Below are positions 28,161 to 36,117 of a DNA stretch of 64,000 bases, one piece after another (positions within the stretch are counted from its first letter, which is position 1; the number at the start of each line of letters is the position of its first letter). The position numbers were made by a program, and so were the translations under genes. Under the pieces are notes generated by a model, which saw nothing but the letters and a program-made list of their open reading frames with translations, was not told where the DNA came from and made no database searches. The stretch lies in NCBI GenBank assembly GCA_046704725.1, contig JBJKRI010000006.1, positions 187,482 through 251,481 of the forward strand, read 5' to 3'. This DNA comes from Candidatus Woesearchaeota archaeon (lineage in GTDB: Archaea > Nanobdellota > Nanobdellia > Woesearchaeales > SKIA01).

Positions 28161-28463
28161 TCACTCCGCCTTCTTCCGATACTTGTCGTATTTCCTGAAC
28201 ACACGGCGCAGCGCCGCATCAGCGTCCACGCCGCACTGGTTGGCGAGGTGGATGAGCTGGAAGAAGGCGTCGCCGAACTCGTCCTCGGCATCCATGTTGT
28301 CGACCTTCCACTCCTCGCGCAGGCCCTCCTCGACGGAGATGATGCGTCCGATCTCCGCGATCTCCTCTTGTAGGCGGGCGAGGATGGCGAAGCGCGGCCA
28401 GACGGGAAAGCCCGAACCGTCGAAGTATTCCTTCACGCGTCCTTCGGCGGTCTTCATATCCAT
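28161..28463 (-). CDS. MazG-like NTP pyrophosphohydrolase
   Basis: LQEEIAEI ... EDEFGD ... LANQCGVD. Confidence 0.85.
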   Translation of the reverse strand: MDMKTAEGRVKEYFDGSGFPVWPRFAILARLQEEIAEIGRIISVEEGLREEWKVDNMDAEDEFGDAFFQLIHLANQCGVDADAALRRVFRKYDKYRKKAE

Positions 28464-28649
28464 GAGTTCGGTACAGGACGCGGCGCATTTAATCCTATGC
28501 ACTGGACAGCCACGGCCGAAAGGCATAACCAGGCATTCTCCCAGGAAAGCCTTGCACCAAAACCACCCTGCCCGGGGCGTTTGCGAGGGCGTCCCGGAGT
28601 CCTCCTTCTCTCCTCGCACCTCCATTTCTTCCGCTCGATAAGGAAGTTA

Positions 28650-28684
28650 TTTTCACAAATGAAAACTATTTTCATGCCTGAAAA
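28650..28684. promoter_or_regulatory. Two tandem palindromic operators TTTTCA-N4-TGAAAA abutting a TATA box
   Basis: TTTTCAcaaaTGAAAA at 28650-28665 and TTTTCAtgccTGAAAA at 28669-28684, followed by TTTATATA at 28686. Confidence 0.75.
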
Positions 28685-28716
28685 GTTTATATAGAGAGGC
28701 TCTCATCGGCGAATCC

Positions 28717-29250
28717 ATGCCCGGAGCCGAACTCCTCAAGGAGCTCTTCGACGAGAAACGTATCCGTGTCCTGCAGGTCTTTATCCAGAAGCCGCAGGAC
28801 GAATTCGTGCTCAAGGAGGTCGTGCGCAAGGCGAAGGTGCCGCTCGCCACCACATACAGGATACTGCACCAGCTCGCGGAAAAGGGGCTTTTGAGCGCCT
28901 CCACACACAAACACCTTACCGTCTATCGGCTCGCCGACAGCGAGGACGCGAGATACCTGTCCCAACTGCTCTACGAAAAGCCCGTCCCGATCGCCAGATT
29001 CGTGGACGTCATCGCTTCTCTGCCCGGAATCGAGCAGGCACTCATGCATGGGAAAGCCACCGAGAGCAGGGCCAATATCGTGATCATCGGCACCGGTATC
29101 GACAAGGACTTGATCAACGCCACAGTGGCCCAGATACGCGAAGATGACCATTTCACGATAACCCACCTCATCCTGGAGCCCGAGCAGTATCAGATGCTCG
29201 AGGCGATGGGGCAGTTTTCGGGCTCGAAAACAGTGCTTTTCGCGCGATAG
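28717..29250 (+). CDS. Winged-HTH protein with C-terminal degenerate nucleotidyltransferase-like domain
   Basis: LKEVVRKAKVPLATTYRILHQLAEKG HTH; IEQALMHGK...ANIVIIG resembles an MNT fold lacking the GS and DxD residues. Confidence 0.7.
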   Translation: MPGAELLKELFDEKRIRVLQVFIQKPQDEFVLKEVVRKAKVPLATTYRILHQLAEKGLLSASTHKHLTVYRLADSEDARYLSQLLYEKPVPIARFVDVIASLPGIEQALMHGKATESRANIVIIGTGIDKDLINATVAQIREDDHFTITHLILEPEQYQMLEAMGQFSGSKTVLFAR

Positions 29251-29460
29251 CACGTGGAAATATATTCCCCAGAGGATAAATACATATAAATCACTAAGAC
29301 AGATTTACACACCAGGGTAGGTTGTCTGACGACATCGACCGGAAACAGGCGTTCCGGGAGACACGCCAGCGGTGCTGCGCACCACGACTTACACACATGA
29401 CGTACGAGAACTAGCGAAAGCTCTCGCACAAATACACACCGGAAACGGGGGAAACAAGAG

Positions 29461-30537
29461 ATGGACTTCATCGTGAACAATGCACTCAAGCAAGACGCGA
29501 ACAACGTGAATTACGACGAGATCGAAGCGGGACACGCCAACATCAAGGTCATCGGCACCGGCGGCGCGGGCAACAACGCGGTCGCCTGGCTCTATCAGAA
29601 AGGAGTCAAGGGAGCCGAGATCATCGCGTGCAACACCGATGTCCAGCACCTGAACATGACGGACGCGGACCGCAAGTTCCTTCTCGGACGTGATACGACT
29701 CGCGGCCTGGGCTGCGGCGGATTCCCGAGCAAGGGAGCCGAAGCGGCGCAGGAGAGCCTCAACGAGATCAAGGAAGCCATGCGCGAAGCGGACATGGTCT
29801 TCGTGTGCGCCGGCATGGGCGGCGGCACCGGCACGGGCAGCGCCCCGGTCATCGCCAACGTGGCCCGTGAGACGGGCGCGATCGTCATCGGAACGGTCAC
29901 CATGCCGTTCAAGATCGAGCGAGCACGTGTGGACAAGGCCGAGTTCGGGCTCCAGCAGCTCCGACAGGTCTCGGACACCGTCATCGTCATCGACAACAAC
30001 CGCCTGGTGCAGATCGCGGGGAACCTCCCGATCCAACAGGCATTCGCGGTAGCGAACGAACTCATAGCGACAATGATCAAGGGCATCGTCGAGACCATCG
30101 CCGTGCCGAGCCTGGTCAACCTGGACTACGCAGACGTCAAGGCGATCATGACCAACGGCGGCGTGGCGGTCATCGGGGTCGGAGCCTCCGACAGCAGCAA
30201 CCGTGTAGAGGAAGCAGTGACTGGCGCGTTGAGCAACCCGTTGCTCGACATCAGCTACGAAGGAGCGACAGGAGCGATTATCCACGTACACGGAGGCGCC
30301 GACCTGACCCTTGATGAGATCAGTCGCGTGGGCGAGATGATCACCGAGACCATGGACGAGGAGGCGAACGTCATCTGGGGCGCCCGCATCTCCGAGGACA
30401 TGAAGGGCAAGCTCACCGTGATGACCATCATCACGGGCGTCAAGAGCCCCTGGGTCCTGGGCCGGAAGACGGCCAAGGAAGCGCAGGATGCCCGCCGACA
30501 GATGTCGGACGAGCTCGGTATCGAGATCGTCCACTAA
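29461..30537 (+). CDS. ftsZ: Cell division protein FtsZ
   Basis: GGAGNN, NTD, GGGTGTG tubulin motif, NLDYAD. Confidence 0.97.
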   Translation: MDFIVNNALKQDANNVNYDEIEAGHANIKVIGTGGAGNNAVAWLYQKGVKGAEIIACNTDVQHLNMTDADRKFLLGRDTTRGLGCGGFPSKGAEAAQESLNEIKEAMREADMVFVCAGMGGGTGTGSAPVIANVARETGAIVIGTVTMPFKIERARVDKAEFGLQQLRQVSDTVIVIDNNRLVQIAGNLPIQQAFAVANELIATMIKGIVETIAVPSLVNLDYADVKAIMTNGGVAVIGVGASDSSNRVEEAVTGALSNPLLDISYEGATGAIIHVHGGADLTLDEISRVGEMITETMDEEANVIWGARISEDMKGKLTVMTIITGVKSPWVLGRKTAKEAQDARRQMSDELGIEIVH

Positions 30538-30697
30538 GGGCGCAGCGCCCGAGGCGCTCCCCCGTCCTCGGGCATTCACTTTCCTCGAGGAGAGCGGAAA
30601 ACCGCAATCCGAGGGATTCTGTGCCTCCACCCACCAAAACGCCATATCACCCCCCAACCCCCCAAAACCGTTTTAACCGGTGGAGGCCGCAAAACGC

Positions 30698-30730
30698 CCT
30701 CGGCGGCGACGCCGAGGCTTTTTCTTTTTT
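30698..30730 (+). terminator. Hairpin plus oligo-T terminator downstream of ftsZ
   Basis: CCTCGG-N8-CCGAGG followed by CTTTTTCTTTTTT. Confidence 0.65.
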
Positions 30731-30750
30731 CTACCGATTCTCAGAACGCG

Positions 30751-31161
30751 CTACTTCTCGAACTCCTTTCGCGCACGCATCTCGCGAAAGTACGCTGCGA
30801 CGACATTGTCGACGGCAGTATCAGCGACCGCCTGATTGGCAGGTCGATTGGCCTGGTAGAGGAACCGATTGCCAAAACGGACGAAGTCATCGAGGTGAGG
30901 CGCGCCCTCGGCGTCCTTCCAGGTCACGATGAGACCCCGCCCCACGGAATCTATGGATACGTCGTCCCGGACCGAGCCGTCATCACGGTTCTTCGCGATC
31001 ACCCTGTCGAGGCTCTGGCTCGCCTTTTTCGACAACAGGACGCTGTACTGGCCCGGAATGCCCGTCACATCGGGCAAACGGCATGCATAGAGCGCAGCGA
31101 CAGCAAACGCGGTCGCAAAGACAGCGCGCATCCGGTAGGGTACAATCCTGCTCGCCTGCAT
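30751..31161 (-). CDS. Putative secreted protein or lipoprotein (orphan)
   Basis: Hydrophobic stretch ending AVAALYAC; TTTAAG upstream; start uncertain. Confidence 0.55.
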   Translation of the reverse strand: MQASRIVPYRMRAVFATAFAVAALYACRLPDVTGIPGQYSVLLSKKASQSLDRVIAKNRDDGSVRDDVSIDSVGRGLIVTWKDAEGAPHLDDFVRFGNRFLYQANRPANQAVADTAVDNVVAAYFREMRARKEFEK

Positions 31162-31287
31162 ACCCCAGTATACGGAAAGCACCCTTCTTAAATCCTGATA
31201 TTTTCAGGTGCGACGAACAGCGATCCAGAGAAGGATTATATACTGGGCGTACGCATTCTCGTCGGAGAAAAAGCCGCCAAAAGACAT

Positions 31288-31488
31288 ATGACGCACGACC
31301 TGAGACGGAAAGTGGAGCTGGGGATGGCCTTCTGGATAGGCGTCGGACTGATGAGTATCATCGACGTGTGGAAGATCACGCAACAGCGCAGCCCGCTCCT
31401 CTACTCGTGGATCATGTTCGGCGTGTCCGCAGTCCTCATCGTCGCCGGCATCATCCTGCTATTGACCATCAAGGGAAGCAAGAAATAG
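31288..31488 (+). CDS. Small two-TM membrane protein
   Basis: 66 aa, two hydrophobic helices, basic C-terminus. Confidence 0.65.
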   Translation: MTHDLRRKVELGMAFWIGVGLMSIIDVWKITQQRSPLLYSWIMFGVSAVLIVAGIILLLTIKGSKK

Positions 31489-31492
31489 GCCG

Positions 31493-32149
31493 CTACTTCT
31501 TCTTGCCGCGCTTGTCCTCGAACTGCTGCTCCCACACGTCGTAGATGAGGACGCCGCGCTTGGGCTTGACGCCCAACAGCAGCTTGAGCGTCTTCACGTA
31601 CATGAAGCCGGCCACCATGTGCGTGGCCGCGGGCAAGAGCCCTTCGGTGCGCTCATGGTTGACGCCCTTTAGCATCGCGTGGACGGCCTTCTTGTCGGTT
31701 GAGGCGGCGACGATGCACTTGTGGTCGCGCACCACACCCAACACGCAGGGGATGCCCTTCTTGAAGCAGTACTCGCTGATGAGATCGGAGAGTTCGGAGT
31801 TTCCCGAGCAATCCACGACCAGGTCGCTGTCCATGAGGAAGAGGGTCTCCTTGAGGATCTCTTCGTTGAAGCTCTTGATGGTGGGCTCGGGATTGATCTT
31901 CGTGAGGTACTTCTTGGCCTGGGTCGCCTTGAACTTGCTCACATCATCCTGGGTGAAGAGGCTGAGCCGATCGAGGTCCTCCTCCTCGACGCGTCCTTTC
32001 TCGATGATACGCAGATTGATGCCCGTGCGCACGAGCAGGTCGGCGACCGTGCTGCCGATGCCGCCGAGGCCCACGACCGTCACGGTCTTCCCGCGCAGGA
32101 GCTTGGCTTCCTCGGCGCCCAACTCCTCCTCGAGATGTATATACTTCAT
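31493..32149 (-). CDS. ThiF/MoeB/E1-like protein, apparently degenerate
   Basis: VVGLGGIG nucleotide-binding loop, KATQAK, VDCSGN; no SNLNRQ motif and no CxxC pairs. Confidence 0.8.
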   Translation of the reverse strand: MKYIHLEEELGAEEAKLLRGKTVTVVGLGGIGSTVADLLVRTGINLRIIEKGRVEEEDLDRLSLFTQDDVSKFKATQAKKYLTKINPEPTIKSFNEEILKETLFLMDSDLVVDCSGNSELSDLISEYCFKKGIPCVLGVVRDHKCIVAASTDKKAVHAMLKGVNHERTEGLLPAATHMVAGFMYVKTLKLLLGVKPKRGVLIYDVWEQQFEDKRGKKK

Positions 32150-32246
32150 GTCCACCCCAAGAGGCAGGGGTTTAAAAAGATTATTCAAGATGTATGAGGA
32201 TTCTCCGATCCGGAACACTTATGCCGTACCCCAGCATGACGTATGC

Positions 32247-32399
32247 ATGACGTTCCGATGCGCATACTGCGGGCTGCACTACACGGAGAAAAGAGACGCG
32301 GAAGCCTGTGAGGAGTGGTGCACCTCCCACGACAGCTGCAACCTCGCCGTCGCACGACGCTCGCTCGAAGCCACCGGACAGGCGGTCCCAAACGATTAA
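32247..32399 (+). CDS. Small Cys-rich Zn-finger protein
   Basis: MTFRCAYCGLHY...AEACEEWC...SC. Confidence 0.7.
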   Translation: MTFRCAYCGLHYTEKRDAEACEEWCTSHDSCNLAVARRSLEATGQAVPND

Positions 32400-32423
32400 A
32401 ACGGCGGGGGGCGTCGTGACGGC

Positions 32424-33605
32424 ATGCGACTTCCCTGCGCCGCGTGCGGACGCGTCGAGCCAAAGACCTGCAGCAGGGCGGACTGCCCATACTTCGTGCA
32501 CCGCCCACGCACCTTCAAGCAGGAATTCAGCGGGAGCGCGCCGAACATCTTCGTGGGCCGCTTCGGCTATCCGGACGTGCGCGTGGGCATCCTCGCCACA
32601 GAGGAATACGCGGACAACGACGATCCCAAGGGCTGGAGCAAGGCACAGACGCCGATACCCGAGATTCTCGAGAAGCGCGGCAGCCTCGTGAACAGCCAGT
32701 TCCTCGCGAACGTGCGGAGCTTCCGGGACCGCTTCCTGCAGGACGCGCAGCTCGTCGCGCAGGGCAAGAATCCGACGGACATGGAGGTGCGGTTGGACCG
32801 CGTACCGACGTTCAGCATCCAGTACCCGCCAGGGACCTCGCCGCACGGCGCCTCCGTCAAGCTCGTGCAATCCCGATTGACCGAGAACGTACGCATCCCC
32901 AAGGCCGTGGACAAAGCCGTCTCGGACAACGACCTGAAAGCAGCGAGCGCGATCACCGAGCTCTACGGCAAGATCGACGAACACTACCTCACGCGATTAT
33001 TGACGGGCGGCGTGCTGGGCCAGAAGAGCCAGCGACGGCTCGTGCCGACACGCTGGAGCATCACGGCAGTCGACGACACGCTGGGGAAACGGCTCCTCGA
33101 GAGAGTCAAGGAATTGCCCGTGCTCGGCGAGCCACTGGCCTTCTTCGGCGGGCACTACGGCAACCACTACTGCATCATCCTCTTGCCGCGAAACTGGCAA
33201 TACGAGCTGTTCGAGTTCGCCGTGAGCGGGCAGAGCGAGACGCGCGTGTGGACGGACCACGAGACATACTCTGGACGCACGAACTACGCGGACGACACGG
33301 GCGGAGGCTATTACGCGGCGCGCCTTCCCATCCTTGAGAAGCTGGAGAGCCTGGGACGGCAAGCGACCGTACTGTGCCTGCGTTTTGTGACCGGCGAATA
33401 CACGAACCCGCTGGGGGTGTGGGTGGTGCGGGAGGCGGTGCGGAAGGCCTTGGAGACGAAACCGCTGCGCTTCTCGGACGAGAGTCTCGCATTGACGTAC
33501 GCGAAGGCGCGCTGCACGCGCTTCTCCGTGGATTGGCAGCACGAGGTGCAGGACAAGAGCTTCCTGCTCAAGAGCCTGAAGCAGAAGCGGCTTTCCGACT
33601 ATTGA
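32424..33605 (+). CDS. nreA: Nre-family DNA repair protein
   Basis: N-terminal C4 motif, IFVGRFGYP, RRLVPTRWSITAVD, GGYYAAR, PLGVWVVRE and C-terminal PIP box QKRLSDY. Confidence 0.93.
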   Translation: MRLPCAACGRVEPKTCSRADCPYFVHRPRTFKQEFSGSAPNIFVGRFGYPDVRVGILATEEYADNDDPKGWSKAQTPIPEILEKRGSLVNSQFLANVRSFRDRFLQDAQLVAQGKNPTDMEVRLDRVPTFSIQYPPGTSPHGASVKLVQSRLTENVRIPKAVDKAVSDNDLKAASAITELYGKIDEHYLTRLLTGGVLGQKSQRRLVPTRWSITAVDDTLGKRLLERVKELPVLGEPLAFFGGHYGNHYCIILLPRNWQYELFEFAVSGQSETRVWTDHETYSGRTNYADDTGGGYYAARLPILEKLESLGRQATVLCLRFVTGEYTNPLGVWVVREAVRKALETKPLRFSDESLALTYAKARCTRFSVDWQHEVQDKSFLLKSLKQKRLSDY

Positions 33606-34740
33606 GCGAGAGGATGAACAATGCGCTCCCCAACAGCGCGCCGATGATGGCGAACAGGCCGAGCAAGAAGAAGAGGGCGTGGAAGGAATAGACGAGCACG
33701 AGCGATCCAGCGACGACGTACGCCACCGCCTCGCCCACCTTGGAGACGCTCATGTAGGTGCCGACCAGCGTGCCCTGGAGACGCGAACGGTGCCCGATGC
33801 GCGAGAGGTACGACCAGGCGCTCACGTTCCACATCGCCGTGCCGATGCCCCATACCCCCATGAGGAGCAGGATGGATTCGAAGGAATGACCGAGGAAAGC
33901 GAGCCCGATGAGGCAGGCGCCGCTCAGCAATGCTCCGGCGATGACTAGCCGCCGTGGCCCCGTGATGTCGACGAGGTCGCCGAAGAAGAACTGCAGGACG
34001 CTGCCCGCGACGAGCACGGTGATCGAGAGGCCCACATCAGCGTACGAGCCGCCCATGCGGATGATGAGCAAGGGGATGAAGACCGTCCAAGCGGGCTTGA
34101 TGAACTGCATGGCCGGTCCGAGGACGAGCAGGGGGCGCAATTCCCTGTCCTGCCAGAAGCGGATGACATTGTGGAAGGGATGCACGGCGACCGGACGCTT
34201 CTGGTGGGGGCGTGCCTTGCGCAAGGAGAGCGCCAAGGCCGCGAAGATGCCCATGCTCGTGAGAAACGGCAGGCCGAGGAACTGGTCGGCCAGCACGCCG
34301 CCGATCGCCGGGGCGAAGAGTTTGGCCGCGGTCTGCACGGAGAACAGCAGGCCGGTGTATCTGCCCCTGTCTTGGTCGTGCAGGCCGTCCTCTATCTTGG
34401 AGAGCGCGAGTATGACGACGGTGGAATAGCACGCGGCGTCCACGACACGGGCGAGCACGATGGCCGCCCCGATGCCTGAGTAGTAGAGGGCGTAGGCCAC
34501 GATGCCGAGAAGGAAGGCGAGGCGCAAGGTCCACGAACGGCCCACCTCGTCAGAGAGCTCTCCCACGAGCATACCCGCCACGACGGCCACGACAGGGAAC
34601 AGGCCGAAGACAAAGCTGATCCAGGCGTCAGAATAGCCGAGGGAAGCGAAATACGGGGACAGGACGGGCAGGACGAGCTGGACGGCGAACAGGTGCGCGG
34701 AGCTGATGAGCGTGAAGCGCCAGTAGTCCTTGCGTTCCAT
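33568..34740 (-). CDS. MFS transporter
   Basis: About 12 TM segments, motif A GELSDEVGR. Confidence 0.88.
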   Translation of the reverse strand: MERKDYWRFTLISSAHLFAVQLVLPVLSPYFASLGYSDAWISFVFGLFPVVAVVAGMLVGELSDEVGRSWTLRLAFLLGIVAYALYYSGIGAAIVLARVVDAACYSTVVILALSKIEDGLHDQDRGRYTGLLFSVQTAAKLFAPAIGGVLADQFLGLPFLTSMGIFAALALSLRKARPHQKRPVAVHPFHNVIRFWQDRELRPLLVLGPAMQFIKPAWTVFIPLLIIRMGGSYADVGLSITVLVAGSVLQFFFGDLVDITGPRRLVIAGALLSGACLIGLAFLGHSFESILLLMGVWGIGTAMWNVSAWSYLSRIGHRSRLQGTLVGTYMSVSKVGEAVAYVVAGSLVLVYSFHALFFLLGLFAIIGALLGSALFILSLNSRKAASASGS

Positions 34741-34822
34741 ACCGCGCCTCTCCACAGCTTCGTTTATAAAGTTCTGTCATCGCTCCGAAAAGTATAGATA
34801 GGAGCAGTGCCAGCCAGTACGC

Positions 34823-35080
34823 ATGAAAAACCTCCTTATCAGCAGGGTAGCGCATGCAGGTGAGAAAGCACACGTCGGGCAAGAGTGGATCGATGACTGT
34901 GTGGCCCTGACGAGCCCGGGAGAGTATGAGCGCTTCACAGAGCGCCTCGGAGCGTTCTTCGGAGCTGACTACATGCATGACAGCGGCAATCCGCACAACG
35001 GAAATCCGCTCCACCAGGCACGGCCTGCGCAACACGCGCTGTACAGAAACCTGCGAAGCGAGAAGCACCCCGCCGCGTGA
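34823..35080 (+). CDS. Small hypothetical protein
   Basis: 85-aa ORF filling the gap, TATA-like sequence upstream. Confidence 0.4.
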   Translation: MKNLLISRVAHAGEKAHVGQEWIDDCVALTSPGEYERFTERLGAFFGADYMHDSGNPHNGNPLHQARPAQHALYRNLRSEKHPAA

Positions 35081-35118
35081 GCGCAGGCTTTTTCTAGAGG
35101 TTGTCGTTCGCGCATCCC

Positions 35119-35853
35119 ATGGAGTGGGAGCCGTTCTCCGCGCTCGTCGAGCGCTGCGTCGAAAACAACGAGTCGCTCATGGCCTTCGTGCGCTGCCGCA
35201 TCTTCTATTCAGGCAGGGCGGAGGCGGAGCTGGACTGGGGGGACCGGATGCTCATCATCAAGCAGGACAACGCAGTATTGATCCACCAGCCAGAGAACGG
35301 CAATCCCATCAACTACCTCAAGCCAGGAGCCCGCATCAGCATCTACCGGGAGGAGGGCGCGTTGTGGCTGGAGGGATCGCACCCGCAGACCAACGACATC
35401 GTGCAGATGGAGATACAGGAGATACACGACGCGATGCGCATGAAGCTCGAGGACGGCAAGAAGCAGGTATTGGCCGGCACAGAAGCGGACATGAGCGACT
35501 GGATCAGGGACAATCCATCAAGCATCTCACCCGACTTCAAGCCCTTGTCGCGCGAAGAGCACACGAACTACGGTTTCATCGACGTGTTCGGCCACAACGG
35601 GAACGGCGAGCTGGTCATCGTGGAATGCAAGAGGTACACCGCCGGACTGGCCGCAGCGACGCAGCTGCGGCGCTATGTCGAGAAGATGAAGGGACTGCGC
35701 GGGACGGATCAGGTCGGCGGCGTCCTGGCTTCCCCGAAAATCACGACGAACGCCGAGCAGATGCTCAATGACTGGGGATTCAAGTGGGTGCGCGTAGTGC
35801 CGCCAAAGCGCATCACGGTCGCGCGCGACCAAAAAAGCCTCGAGGAGTGGTAA
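35119..35853 (+). CDS. nucS: Mismatch endonuclease NucS/EndoMS
   Basis: YSGRA, IIKQD..VLIH, PINY, G.EADM, IDV, ECKR, QLRRY and C-terminal QKSLEEW. Confidence 0.93.
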   Translation: MEWEPFSALVERCVENNESLMAFVRCRIFYSGRAEAELDWGDRMLIIKQDNAVLIHQPENGNPINYLKPGARISIYREEGALWLEGSHPQTNDIVQMEIQEIHDAMRMKLEDGKKQVLAGTEADMSDWIRDNPSSISPDFKPLSREEHTNYGFIDVFGHNGNGELVIVECKRYTAGLAAATQLRRYVEKMKGLRGTDQVGGVLASPKITTNAEQMLNDWGFKWVRVVPPKRITVARDQKSLEEW

Positions 35854-35871
35854 ACACGACCATCCGTCCAG

Positions 35872-36117
35872 TCACCTGAAGATATCGGCGAGCGTCGTTC
35901 CCTGGGTGCGGCAGAACGAGACGCTTGCAAGTTCCGTCGACGGGGCCGAGCAGAGCGGATTGGTGATGTACACATTCTCGGCGAGACGTCTCGCTTCGTA
36001 GACGAACGCATCACGGGTCGTGAGGGCGGCGCTGTACAGGATTTGGGCAGCGAGGAGAACCGTTGCTCCGCGTGCGACCGTCCGGAACGCATCCCTCGTG
36101 TGCTCGGCAACGCTCAT
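35872..36117 (-). CDS. Small single-TM hypothetical protein
   Basis: ATGA overlap with the alaS stop; one hydrophobic helix. Confidence 0.5.
   Translation of the reverse strand: MSVAEHTRDAFRTVARGATVLLAAQILYSAALTTRDAFVYEARRLAENVYITNPLCSAPSTELASVSFCRTQGTTLADIFR

Noticed and set aside
28540-28560. CAGGAAAGCCTTGCACC resembling RNase P RNA conserved region I
   Set aside because: No matching conserved region V or P4 partner downstream, and the space is too short.
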